This document shows, one piece after another, positions 40,923 through 52,300 of a DNA stretch of 64,000 bases. Below the pieces are notes generated by a model that saw only the letters and a program-made list of their open reading frames with translations, was not told the origin of the DNA and ran no database searches. Position 1 is the stretch's first letter. Each line of letters begins with the position of its first letter. A program made the translations under genes and the position numbers. The stretch is from Marsupella aquatica (Eukaryota; Plantae; Marchantiophyta): the NCBI GenBank assembly GCA_973895155.1, contig OZ316891.1, forward strand, positions 23,621,899 to 23,685,898, in the 5' to 3' direction.

Positions 40923-41470
40923 CAACTTAAGATGCATGAATAAACCTCCGGAAACTTACTTTGGACTTGTGATTGAAATTCTTGGGAATCCCCAAGCGCT
41001 AGGGCCACAAGATCACCGACAGAGGAGAGATCCAAGTCATCAGATTCTTCGGCGAGCAGGACAATGACAGTTTTCTTGGCAACTTCCATTTTTAGGAGTG
41101 ACACGTGGCAGGATATATTGAGGACACGTCAAGATGGGCAAGATCTAGGGCGTTGCAGCAGATTAGGGCAAGAAGGCAATTAGGGCAAGGGCAAGGGATA
41201 GCGGCGGCAGCAAGCCAAGAGCGAGAGCAAGGAGTGAGAATGAGGAGCTAGAGCGAGAGTGAGGAGCGAGAGCGAGGAGCGAGAGTGAGGAGCGAGAGTG
41301 AGGAGCGACAAAGAGCGAAACAACAATGAGGTCTATGGAAGACCTTGTCATCCCTTTACCCCCTCCTGAAAGGCTTGTTTGCATACGGATGATCGCTACA
41401 CGGATCATCTCTGTACGGATGATCTCTGTACGGATAGAGACCAAGAAGGGATCTGGTCCTATCAGTTTGG

Positions 41471-41580
41471 GAGGCAACACCGAGTATCGCGGTTAGAACA
41501 ATCATCCAATCCTTTGTCTGACACAATGGATTGAAAAAGGATTGGATGATTGTTCTAACCGCGATACTCGGTGTTGCCTC
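41471..41580. repeat. Perfect 45-bp inverted repeat with a 20-nt loop
   Basis: 41471-41515 is the exact reverse complement of 41536-41580. Confidence 0.95.
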
Positions 41581-42046
41581 AACCTTATCGGATTGCACAT
41601 TCAGGGCCGAACATACCAACCCACGAGTATAAGAGGTACTCTACGGACATCATTGTTGTTTTAGTTTCATATCTTCACTTGGGCATCCAGGTCTGCGCAA
41701 CTCCTCCTCAACTCTTCTCTCTGATGGAGTTTAGACTTGAAGTGGCTTTGATAGCTTTCTTAGTCAGTTTGATATGAACTTATTCATCAATTTAGAGGTA
41801 GCAGAGCCAACCTTGGAGACATACTGGAAAAACAAGACTGCTGAGGTGAGTTATGGTCTTAGTCGCTTTGCTTATTTTGAGTTCTTAGGGAAGTTTAGGG
41901 TTTACCTTTCACTTTGTTCTGCATTCTAGTGACTTCCCAATTATTATTTCACGAATTACCCAATGTTCCAAAAAACCCGGAATGTCTAAATTTGATTAGG
42001 AAGAGATCTCAATCTCAATATATCCATCTCAACATAATCTTCATTG

Positions 42047-43230
42047 TGGAGTTAGACCATCTGAATCCAGACTTGATGTGTGGATTATAATGGTCCTAAT
42101 CCTAGATTGTTGTTTGGATTCGGATGATCCGAATCCAATCCATTTTCTAGGATTGGGACCATCTGATCAGAATCCAATCTTGGGTGTGTTGGATTCGGAC
42201 CATCCGAATCCAAGCGTGCAATGCTTAAATTGTGACCTTTGGGATCCAATCTCGGTTTGGATTTGGACCATCCCAATCCAAGCGAGATGATTGAATTTGG
42301 GCGTTTGAAATACAGCCTGGTTTTGGATTCGGACCATCCGAATCCAAGCCCGATACTTAAATTGGGACCTTTGAAATACAATCTGGGTTTGGATTCGCGC
42401 ACCATCCCAATCCAAGCGGGTTTGTTGAATTGGGACCTTTGGGATAGAATCTGTGTTTGGATTCGGACCATCCGAATCCAAGATGGTGGGTTGGATTCGG
42501 ACCTTTGAAATACAATCTGGTTTTGGATTCGGACCATCCAAATCCAAGCCCGATGCTTAAATTGGGACCTTTGAAATACAATCTGGGTTTGGATTCGGAC
42601 CATCCCAATCCAAGCCGGTTTGTTGAATTGGGACCTTTCGGGATAGAATCTGTGTTTGGATTTGAACCATCCGAATCCAAGATGGTGGGTTGGATTCGGA
42701 CCTTTGGAATACAATCTGGTTTTGGATTTGGACCATCCGAATCCAAGCCCAATGCTTAAATTGGGACCTTTGAAGTACTATCTGGGTTTGGATTCGGACC
42801 ATCCCAATCCAAGCCGGTTTGTTGAATTGTAACCTTTGGGATAGAATCTGTGTTTGGATTCGGACCATCCGAATCCAAGATGGTGGGTTGAATTCGGACC
42901 TTTGAAATACAATCTGGTGTTGGATTCAGACCATCCGAATCCAAGCCCGGTGCTTAAATTGGGACCTTTGAAATAAAATCTGGGTTTGGATTCGGACCAT
43001 CCCAATCCAAGCGCGTTTGTTGAATTGGGACCTTTGGGATCCCATCTGGGTTTGGATTCGGACCATCCAAATCCAAGAGGGTGTGTTGGATAGAGGTTGG
43101 TTTGGATTCGGACGATCCCAATTCAAGCGAGATGCTTAAATTTGACCTTCGGAATACAATCTTTGTGGTTTTGATTTGGACCACCCCAATCCAAGCGTGA
43201 TAGTTGAGCCAACGTTTGGATTCGCGGAAT
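42047..43230. repeat. Second array of the same palindrome: ~33-bp base unit, ~66-bp dimer, ~198-bp higher-order repeat
   Basis: Intact palindromes alternate with degenerate ones; GATAGAATCTGTG recurs at 42443, 42642 and 42840. Confidence 0.92.
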
Positions 43231-43333
43231 GGCAATCAAATGACCGTATGGATAATTGTGAGTCTCTTCAAATTCTTGTCATTCGGATTTGTGATGGTTT
43301 TTCTGAAAATTGTGCAGGTTACTAAATCCGAGA

Positions 43334-46300
43334 ATGACTGGAAGGTTTTCAAGAGGTGATGATGTGACCTTGACAATTGATGGATATGATGTCGGTTATG
43401 GGACACTTCAGAAAATTAACCCCCAGGATAGGGTGCACAACATATTGTTGGGAGATAATCGAATTGGTGTGCTCGTGGAGAAGGTTTTTGAGCCAACTCG
43501 AAAACTACCATTTCCACTACCAAGGGTAGAAAATCTTTTCGATGCCATTGACTCATGTGTTATTTGGGAGATCTCGTGCGCCTATCTCTCTATAACTCTA
43601 GATTCCCCAAAACGCATCAGTACTGGTAGTTGTTCAACTCGACCAGATAATAACTTGGATAAATCTCCTACAATTGTTATGGAGGATGCATCAAACACTC
43701 TAAGGCAAGGGGACGAGGTTGAAATGCTCATTGATGGGTGTTGTGTAGCCCTTGGAGTTATTTTCAAGGTAAATCCAAAGGACCGATGTCACAACATATT
43801 TCTTGGTGAGTCTCGGATCAGTGTGAAAATCACTGATGTTATTCATGGTAGTAAGGCTTTACCTTACATACACAATGGGGCTGAAACAATTGAAGAGGCA
43901 AAAGACTCATGGGTTCTCTGGGACTTGGCCGATGTTCATAAAAAAGGTTGGAATGTTGATGAAGGTAGAAAGTCTTCCTCTAAGAAGCAAGGTGATGGCG
44001 ATGTTTTAATTGAGGAGAGTTTTGTCTCACATTCTCCATCAACAAAATCGACCAAAACTCATTCTGATTATTACCAATGGTCCAACTGGATGTCAGAGTT
44101 GGTCGAATTATACATTGGTTCAGAACGATCGAGTAAGGTTGCCACTGGGACTATCACTATGCCTCAAGCAACGGCGGCTGTTGATGATGAAATCTTGGGA
44201 GAAGACTATGTAGGGGTTGCTGTGAAAGATGTCATGGAATCGCAATACTTTCCAAGCATTCACAAGGGAGTAATTAGTTTGGTTCGATGGCGAATTGATC
44301 ACACAAAACTAGTAGCAACTGGAAAATTTTTGTCAGACATTCTGGTAGAAGGTACAGAGAATATGGAGTCAATGGATAGGGATGATCTGAATCCGGATCA
44401 TGTGGTTGGATCCGCATCCGGATGTCGTCAAAGGCCATATAACTTCAACAAGAGGAATCAAGTTGATCCTGTTGAGAAGAAAAGGAGGCTCTTGCAAACC
44501 AAGGCAGTTTCAAAAACAATAGAAGCCGCAATCGATGAGATCAAAAGAGTAAATTGCTGCAAGCATAAATGTTGTCTCATTATGCCAAGGGAAGATATAG
44601 AAGATGTTAGGATGGAATTTCATGGGATGTCTAGCGAGTCCAAAACATCACACATTTTCAACCTCTTCCACTACAGAGAGGATGATGTTCGTGATAAGGG
44701 ACACCATGTTCTCAAAGGTATGGTCATCTGTAAAGATGCATTTGCAACCATCCATGGTTTTAGTCACACCAAGTATTATGATTACAAGAGAAGATACATG
44801 GAGGGTTGCAAAATTGGGTTCCATGGGAACACAGGCTTGAAGAAAACAAGGTCAAATACCTTGCATGCGCGAGCTCTTCTAGAGGCATTTTTGACTCAAA
44901 ATGCAGAGCCAATGCCTCATATGCCTTATGGAGGGGCTCATGGGACAGACAGCATTGAGTATCAACTTCCAGCGTGTTACAAAAAGTTAGAGATTTTGGA
45001 AGATGTGAGAACAAAGATGAAGGAAGAAGGGCTTCCTCCTGTTACGGATAACACTCTCTACAAGATATGGAGCACATCATTTGCAAACTTCAGTTTTCAC
45101 AAGGATGGCGCATTTGCCAAGTGTACGCTTTGTTGTGAATACAAAGACAGTTTGATGCGAGAGAGAAGGAAAAAAGAACGTGCTGAAATTGAAGAAAGAA
45201 GAGCTCAACATCTTTGTGAGCAAATGTCACGTAGATATGTTTACTACGCTCATCGAGTGATGGCCAAGCAACATCCAGGAGAATATCTTTGCATTATTCA
45301 CGACAAGATGGATCAAGCAAAGACATGGATTCCAAAAATGGTTAGTACTCCTAAATCACTTTTGGGTCATGGAATGTCGCTACCTATCGCTCTCACGGGG
45401 ATGTTGACCCACGGGAGAGATCCAGGAGTATATGCACACTTTAGTGTCACTGGCCTTTGGCCAGGAGATGCAGATTTCACAATGACATCCTTGGCTAAAT
45501 GTCTTCGAGATCTTGAAGAGTACAATGGAGACAAGACAGGTGACATGCTTGATGGCTTGCATTGGGAACCTCACAAACCTTTCTTTCAAGCCCTACTTGA
45601 CTTTGATGCATTTTTGTCGGGATATTTGGAACCAAAGAATATTCAAGTAAATAGGTATATTGGTTCTGAAGATGGAGCTACCGGCAGTCAGACTGAGACC
45701 ATCCCAACCCGACAGGATGAGGATGATGGAGGGGACGTGGGTGGTGAGAAGGGCAGTCCGTTGTTCATGCCCTTGCCAAGGCACCTAACATTGCAAATGG
45801 ATAATTCAGCAAAGGACAACAAAAACCAAACGGTCATGGCATTTTGCTCGGAGCTTGTGAGTAGAGGAATATTTGAAACTGTTCAAATGTCCTTTCTAAT
45901 GGTTGGTCATACGCACGAAGATGTTGATGCACTATTTTCCAAGGTATCATATCAAGTTCAGCACAAGGAAGTTGCAACCCTTCTTGCACTAATGGCAGAG
46001 GTTTGGGAATGTGAGAGCATTCATCCAGTTCCAAGATTGATACAAGAAGTTGCATCTTACAAAGAATATCTTCAAAGTTTTAAGGTCAAAGATATTCAAG
46101 GTCACTCAAAACCGGTATCATTTCTTTTCTCTATGAGAGATAATGTACCAATATTTCAGTATAAGTCCCATGTTAAGCAAGCTTGGGCTCCCGTTGGCGG
46201 AAGGTGCATTTGGGAAACTGATCCAATAACAAATTCTCTTCTTTTACCCAGTGGACAACCCTTAGCTAAATCCATAGGAGAGATACACAAAAAATCAGAA

Positions 46301-47125
46301 GAGATAATCCCATTCCTTAACAAGTACCTTGATTTTTTGAGAAGGAGTTGCATTGATGAGACGTCAATAGCATACAAGGAAAGATTTCCTCTTGTTAAAT
46401 ATTGGGAAAGAATTGTGGAGCTGTTGTCAAATGGGCTTGCAATGGAAGGGGAGGGAAATAATCAATTTCCATTGAAAAATGGATTTTGGCCTAAGACTAA
46501 CCACGGCACTGGTTACAAGGTCAACCAATCGGCATGCAAACAGAGTGGTCCTCTAAGTGAGGATGAGGAGACTGCAGAGATGACAGCTCTTCAAAATGAA
46601 GTCTTGGAAGAGATGGAAGATCAAGCAGCACCATTTGTTGGATCTCGAGCTGAGAGAGAACAAGGACGGTGGATTCCCCTCCAGGATATTTGTGAAGGAA
46701 ACTTTGTGTTTCTTCGACCCGAGGATGATTGGGAGAAGAAAAATGGTGGAGGTCATTTCTGGTTGGTGAGAGCTTTGGGTCAGGTGGACCCTAAGCATGA
46801 AGTCCCAATTGCATCTTCAAGAGACCCTCCTTTGACTCAACAATATGCTCCAATGTTCCCCGTGGAATGGTGGAGGCCTAAACACTCTAAACTTGATGTG
46901 AGTGAGAGTGCTAGGTATCTCAATTGTTTCATGTCCACCAAGACATGGGAACGAGATCCAGGATTTGGTGAGAACACTCAACATTGGTAGTATGCAAATT
47001 CTGCAATGTATGGTTTTAAATCTGGAATGAAGGAAGAAAACATGGTTGGCAGAGGTTTGAAGATTCCTCGAAATGTTCTACAAACTGTCCAAAGTTATCT
47101 CCAAAGGATGGACAAGTACACTTAG
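43334..47125 (+). CDS. Sola-like DDD transposase (about 1260 aa; one TAG at 46988 near the C-terminus)
   Basis: FAKCTLC, IIHDKMDQ, LQMDNSAKDNKN...FLMVGHTHEDVDALFS; three N-terminal repeats of an En/Spm TNP1-like domain. Confidence 0.85.
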
Positions 47126-47346
47126 TTGTCACTAGCTAAGGTATAATTAGATAGTTACTAGTTTTTATGTAAGAATTATATATATTGTGAGACCATGCCA
47201 TTGAGTGTTTAGTTACTTAGTAGACTATCTACTCATTTTCTAAACTTTTGATTATTATGAATATGAATGTTTATTTTTTCTGCATAATTAAAAATATTTT
47301 TTATTAATTTCTTTATTTTAAATGATTACAATAAAAGTTTTCAGGA

Positions 47347-47647
47347 AAATGTACACTTTTTAGGCCAAATGTACTCTTTGTTGCACTCAAAGCTACACTT
47401 TCTAGACTAAATGCACTGAAATGTACACTTTTTAAGCCAAATGTATCCTTTTTCACTCAAATGTACACTTTCTAGGCCAAATGTACTAAAATGTACACTT
47501 TTTAAGCCAAATGTACATATTTTGATGCTCAAATGTACACTTTTCATTGCCCAAATATACACTCTTTAGACCAATTGTACACTTTTTTATCCTCAAATGT
47601 ACACTTTTCTAAGCCCAAAAGTACACTTTTCATTGCCCAAATGTACA
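47347..47647 (+). repeat. Right subterminal AAATGTACACTTT repeats
   Basis: More than 10 copies preceding the right TIR. Confidence 0.9.
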
Positions 47648-47910
47648 TAAATCAAATAATAATACACTTTTAATGAATAGGCTGATCATTCAACTCTCCA
47701 CACAAAAGCAAATGCAAATCAATATGACAATGTGCATAAGGTTCAAGGAAGAGCCTTCATAATAGGCTTCACAATGGCACTCCAATGTTGTAGATGAGAA
47801 CCAAGGCAAAATTGGTTCAATCTGTGAGTCTAGATGGACTCAGAAGTATCAAAAACCCTGAAACAACCTTTGATTTGGCCTAGAATAGGCCTCTAAACAA
47901 ACCGGGAAGT

Positions 47911-48053
47911 GTATAAAGCCCCCTGGCGCTTGAATCTAAACAACAAGTTGTCAAAGCTTGTGTGTACACAAGGTGGGATGAGAACTTGCCAGTTAAGCGC
48001 TTGCGGCTGGGAATAGCCCCGGGATGGGTGACCTCCTTGCGCTCGACCTCGTG
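47911..48053 (+). promoter_or_regulatory. 5S rRNA-derived Pol III type-1 promoter (box A, IE, box C, upstream TATA), antisense to the DNMT-Gypsy
   Basis: AGAACT..CAGTTAAGCG-N22-GGATGGGTGACCTCC matches the spacing of plant 5S; TATAAA at -30 and C at -1 relative to an inferred +1 at 47942. Confidence 0.7.
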
Positions 48054-48741
48054 CCTCCCCTTGCGCTCACGGCCCAGAATAGCCACGAGTTGCCTCGAAG
48101 CCTCAAACGCCGAGATGAGCCAAAGAGTGAGCCCTTCACGCCCGCAACGCTTCGCTACACCGAATCGAGTTTTGGCAACATTCAGATTTCCGTCTCTCAG
48201 TTTCCCTTCACAGAACGACGGACAGTCGGGAGTTGCGGATCAGCTGCGAGCAGTCGGCGCCCTGTTGCTCGGATCCGCGAGTTGCAGCAACTTCGCGCGG
48301 ATTGGCCCTTCCACATAACCGCGCGGAGCATCGGCAGATCGCCGCTTCACTTGCGCCTTATCACAGTAGTCGAAAATCAGATCTGAAGCCTCGCAGATGA
48401 CTTCCACTGTCCGACGATCTGCCAACATTTGCGGAATGCTTTCCTCCACGAAAACCAACATTCAAACTCGGCTACAACAGCAGCGTTATGTGCCCAGATC
48501 CGATAACACAATGAGCGATCTGCAATCTTCAATGATCTGTGATCTCTTTCCTCAAAATAGCATTCGCCAACACAAACTGCAGCAAATTGAAGGACTAACG
48601 ATCTACTCAATGAGATCCGAGATACCACGGATCCACGCAACAGATTGAAACGATTTCCACAAACCATCACCAACTCGATCAATCCAAAATGAACTTCTGT
48701 TTGCACAGTCCGCACAACAGAGTTTGCATCTGATCTTTCAA

Positions 48742-49073
48742 TGTAATCTCAATACAATCGGCACAACGATCCCGGTCAACAATACCCCATCAATCCCGCA
48801 TCGATCCGATCACACACGTATGTCAAGCCAACGCACCTTGCACTACTCAAGGAATCCACGTTACACAAGCGGAGCTCACAGCCACCATAGCCACACTCAA
48901 GCTCCTCTCTCTCCAAGGCTCAACATTGAAAGATGACCTTTCAATGCTTCACAAGTGAGAAGTACCCTCTCACACAAACCTGACGGAACCTTATCGGCTC
49001 CAATAGCACTCATACCAAACATACATACTCTAATAGCACGATATACTACTACACTACTCAGAATGGTGTGACA
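48742..49073 (-). repeat. Repeat X, 5' terminal copy (332 bp)
   Basis: TG...CA ends; followed by a non-tRNA PBS complementary to LTR-internal 48923-48934. Confidence 0.95.
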
Positions 49074-49077
49074 TGTG

Positions 49078-49335
49078 CCTTTCGGGACAAGTTCCCATAT
49101 TTGCAAGTTCCATTTCACTTGTTGGGATCAGATTGTTGTGAGATATTTTTCAGCAAGGTAGGTGGCATGAGTGGCCATGAGAGAAATTATGACTTTGGAT
49201 CTCTACTAGACAGTGCAGTGGGACTGAATCGACTAGTTGGATTAGAGTATGGACTAGAGGGATTGAAGATACGTCAATCCCATGATAAACAAGATCATGT
49301 TTGGGCAACTTTACATCCTCTAGATGAAGGAGAAC
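49078..49335 (+). pseudogene. P-like transposase fragment 2
   Basis: LLGSDCCEIFFSKVGG resembles the QDxLExFFxxIR catalytic-glutamate motif of P/THAP9 transposases. Confidence 0.6.
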
Positions 49336-52300
49336 TGTGACGCCGCCGGTACGGCGGTTAATGAGTGATTCAGTCTAACTGCGCTCGGCACGCACGTTAG
49401 GTAGGTCTTAGGCCGCTATTATTAGCATAACGACAGTATTTAGGTAATCATTAGGGGTAGGACATCATTAGGCAATAAGGGGGACTTCAGGTTCGGGCTG
49501 GCGGCGGGTCGCTATTCGCACACCCGGGTTACGAGCGTGGAGGGGCCCCTCCCTCGGGTCCGTATAACGAACTTAAGGAAGCGGCCACTGACGCACGCTG
49601 ACTCAGACCGGCGGAGTGGCCGGTACACCACAAGCGTGAGCGGTTCAACCTATGGGCGTCGAGGAGACGTCGGGGATCGACAAGCCCTCAAAGTATAAAA
49701 GGGGAGCCAACCCTTTGTAGTGCACCAGTCCATCAGTCCGCGCGCCAGCTTCGACCCCAGCTCTCTCGTTCTCTCTAGGTCGCCACTACTATCTCCTCTG
49801 AATGTCGCACACGATCCTCTCCAGCTCGGCCATTCGATTCTGGACGCAGTTCCTATCTACCGGAAGGCACTTGGCCGATTCATTGAAACACGCCAACCCG
49901 CACCGATACAAGATCGAACGCGAATACGAGAGAGCCATCCGCCTAGCAGGACGACACCACTACGTCCTTAACTTTGACTACCCATCTCAGAGCGAGCTTT
50001 ACCGACCAGCTGAGGTATCTGGGTACTTCTTCAACGGAGACAAATATATCGGGTTCTAGGAAGCATTGCTTCGGCTTCCGGACGAGGTCTTCAATATCCC
50101 GGGTACAATCGACCTGCAGCGACATCACTTCGACCACATCCCTGCCCAGGTTCGGGCTGTCATTAACGGCGAGTCCAGTACCAACCGTTCGACAAGGGCA
50201 TCCGCACTCACTTCGGAGAACTTCTACCAGCACCTGCAGAGCTTCATGGGAACTCGGCCATCAACCAACATGACCAACTCAATCGGGCCCGTACCCGTAC
50301 CCGTGCCCATGCAACCTCAGCTTCAGCCTCAGCTGCAGCCTAGCCAAACCCCACCACCTATCACCCAGCCAGCACAGGTACGCTCCGTCATCAACGCTGT
50401 GGATCTTAGCGATGACGACGAGGCTACCCCACCCTTGACCAGGTGGCCCAGAGGAACAAGCGCTCAGGGGGCCGACACTATATCGTCCCCACCCCCTGCT
50501 ATGACCCCAGGAGCGGCCCCAGCAGACAACATGGTGACCGTGGCCGCCCCGGGCCCGTTACCAACCGCAGTGGCACTCCCCAGGCCCGATCGGGAGGATG
50601 GGGAAGTATCACCTTCCCCGAGTCAGTCACGGGGAAAGAAGAGGAAGGAATCCGCCACTGCATCCGGGTTACCGTTGGCCACGGTAGCCGTAGCCAAGGT
50701 GACAATGCATCGCATGGGGGAAAACGTTCACAGCAACATCCTCCATCCCAAGCATGCGGTGTACCTGAAGACTCAGGGATTTGAGCACCTCGCCTCTCTC
50801 CCCTGGAACACTTGCAGGTACTACGGGGAGGACATGACAGAATTCGTCAAGAATTATGACGATGTACGTCAACAGACTCGGCTGCGGGGAAGGAATATGT
50901 CCCTCACAGAAGAACGGCTCAAGATGATCTTCGGGTTACCCGAAGGTGACCATCGAGTCGAATCACGGGCTCCCGGGGGCAAGGGGGCCAAGTACCAATC
51001 TTCAAGTTTTCCCTCAGAGGGATCAGTAGACAACGGGTTCGTGATGAGGACCTGCCTCATGCCCGAGATAGCTGAGCGGCTGGAGTTCCAGAGGTACGCT
51101 CTCCACATGATGGAACCCCGGGGGGAGATCTCTGCCGCCCAGGTTATCCAGGTCGAGAACTATCGACCTAGGAAATGGGCGTCGTACTTCGCTAAGAAAT
51201 TCCATGAAGAGATGGAGCGGCAAAGGAAGACGCTGTACATTGGCGGGAAGGCGTATTTCGCTAGCCACATCGAAATCATTCTTGAGTGGTACGCCCGGTT
51301 TGATCGACGAACCCTTCCCCGCATCAACGTTACAAAGCTGGTCCCAGCTAGGTGGGTTTTTCCGGCATTGGAGAGACGGCCCCAACCCGAGGCCCGAAGT
51401 CCAGTGGACACGCCAGCTTCACCCACCCCACCTCCACAAATAGCTGTAATCGTAACCGAGGAGGCGCCGGAGGGGTCGGTCGTCGCAACCGTTGATGCGA
51501 CCCAACTAGCCGGGCTAAGTACAGAAGTTGGTACGGCAGAGGTCTTACCCGAACCCGGGTCTCCCAAGGACCCGCCGGTGGTAATTCCGGAGAACCGGAC
51601 ATCGCTGTAGGACACTCCAGCCCCTTCCAACGTTATGTCCCCAGGGCTGGACGTCACTGCCCCGGCCCCTGCGCGTGTTGATGTCTGCCCATGCCCAAAT
51701 CTGGACAGGCACAACTTGGACAACCCGGAACTCTTCATACAGGGTACATTTCTGAACGGGCTTCTGGGAGATTTCTCTCATCAAATTTCCCGGGATACCG
51801 GGGAGTTCATGGCCCGGAAGGTAGCCTGTTTCTTCAATTAGGAGTTGGTTGCCGCCGTAAAGGCAGGTCGGGCCCAGTCGGAGGCCCTTCAGAGGATAGA
51901 GCGGTACCGGGTGGAGTCCGTGTACCTAAAGAACGAAGTGGTGGCTCAAGAGGCTGAGCTTCTGCAACTACGACCCAAGGTTGCAGCCGCCGATGAGTTG
52001 TTAGCAAAGGCGTACGCTCTTACCGCCCTAGCCGAACAGGCCAAAGCTGGGAACGAGGCCGAGATTACACGACTCCGGAACCAGATTGACAGTTTGAAGA
52101 AACAAGCTGTCACCTGGCAGAAAGACCTGGAGGAGGCCGAGGAGCGAGCCCAGTGGGATGCGACGGAGATAGCCACGCTGCAGGCCGAGATGGCGCGGCT
52201 CCAAACCAAGGCCGAGAAGCAGGACCAGCTGGCGGGTAAACTGACGAGCGACGCCCAGCAGCTGGAGGAGGCATGTCAGGAGGTAGCAGAGGAGACGGAC

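Larger units (their letters stand above)
34626..47686. mobile_element. 13-kb Sola-like DNA transposon with cargo genes
   Basis: 26-bp TIRs ATCAGCCTATTC(T/A)TTAAAAGTGTATT (34626-34651, 47661-47686; 1 mismatch), 4-bp TSD CATT, subterminal repeats, and a transposase. Confidence 0.9.
3613..49073 (-). mobile_element. Ty3/Gypsy-type retrotransposon encoding a C5 DNA methyltransferase and a PHD-integrase, with split direct repeats (about 9.5 kb of its own sequence, inflated by nested inserts)
   Basis: TG...CA ends; 4-bp TSD TGTG (3609-3612/49074-49077) whose removal restores the host frame; domain order Gag-PR-DNMT-RT-RH-INT-PHD; PPT-like GGGGGG run at 10545-10550. Confidence 0.9.

Noticed and set aside
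40587-43230. CRISPR array (palindromic repeats with spacers)
   Set aside because: Spacers are 8-9 bp or mutually homologous, higher-order periodicity is present, there are no cas genes, and the context is eukaryotic.
40540-43235. Repetitive ORFs (WIRMVRIQ, DSDHPNP)
   Set aside because: Artefacts of the palindromic tandem repeat, which is open on both strands.
47978-48053. Functional 5S rRNA gene or Cassandra TRIM
   Set aside because: Only the promoter boxes match; the 5' and 3' stems are missing, and no TG...CA ends or TSD were found around it.
3613-49073. DIRS/Ngaro classification based on split repeats
   Set aside because: The element encodes a DDE integrase and protease, has TG...CA ends and a TSD, and no tyrosine recombinase was seen.
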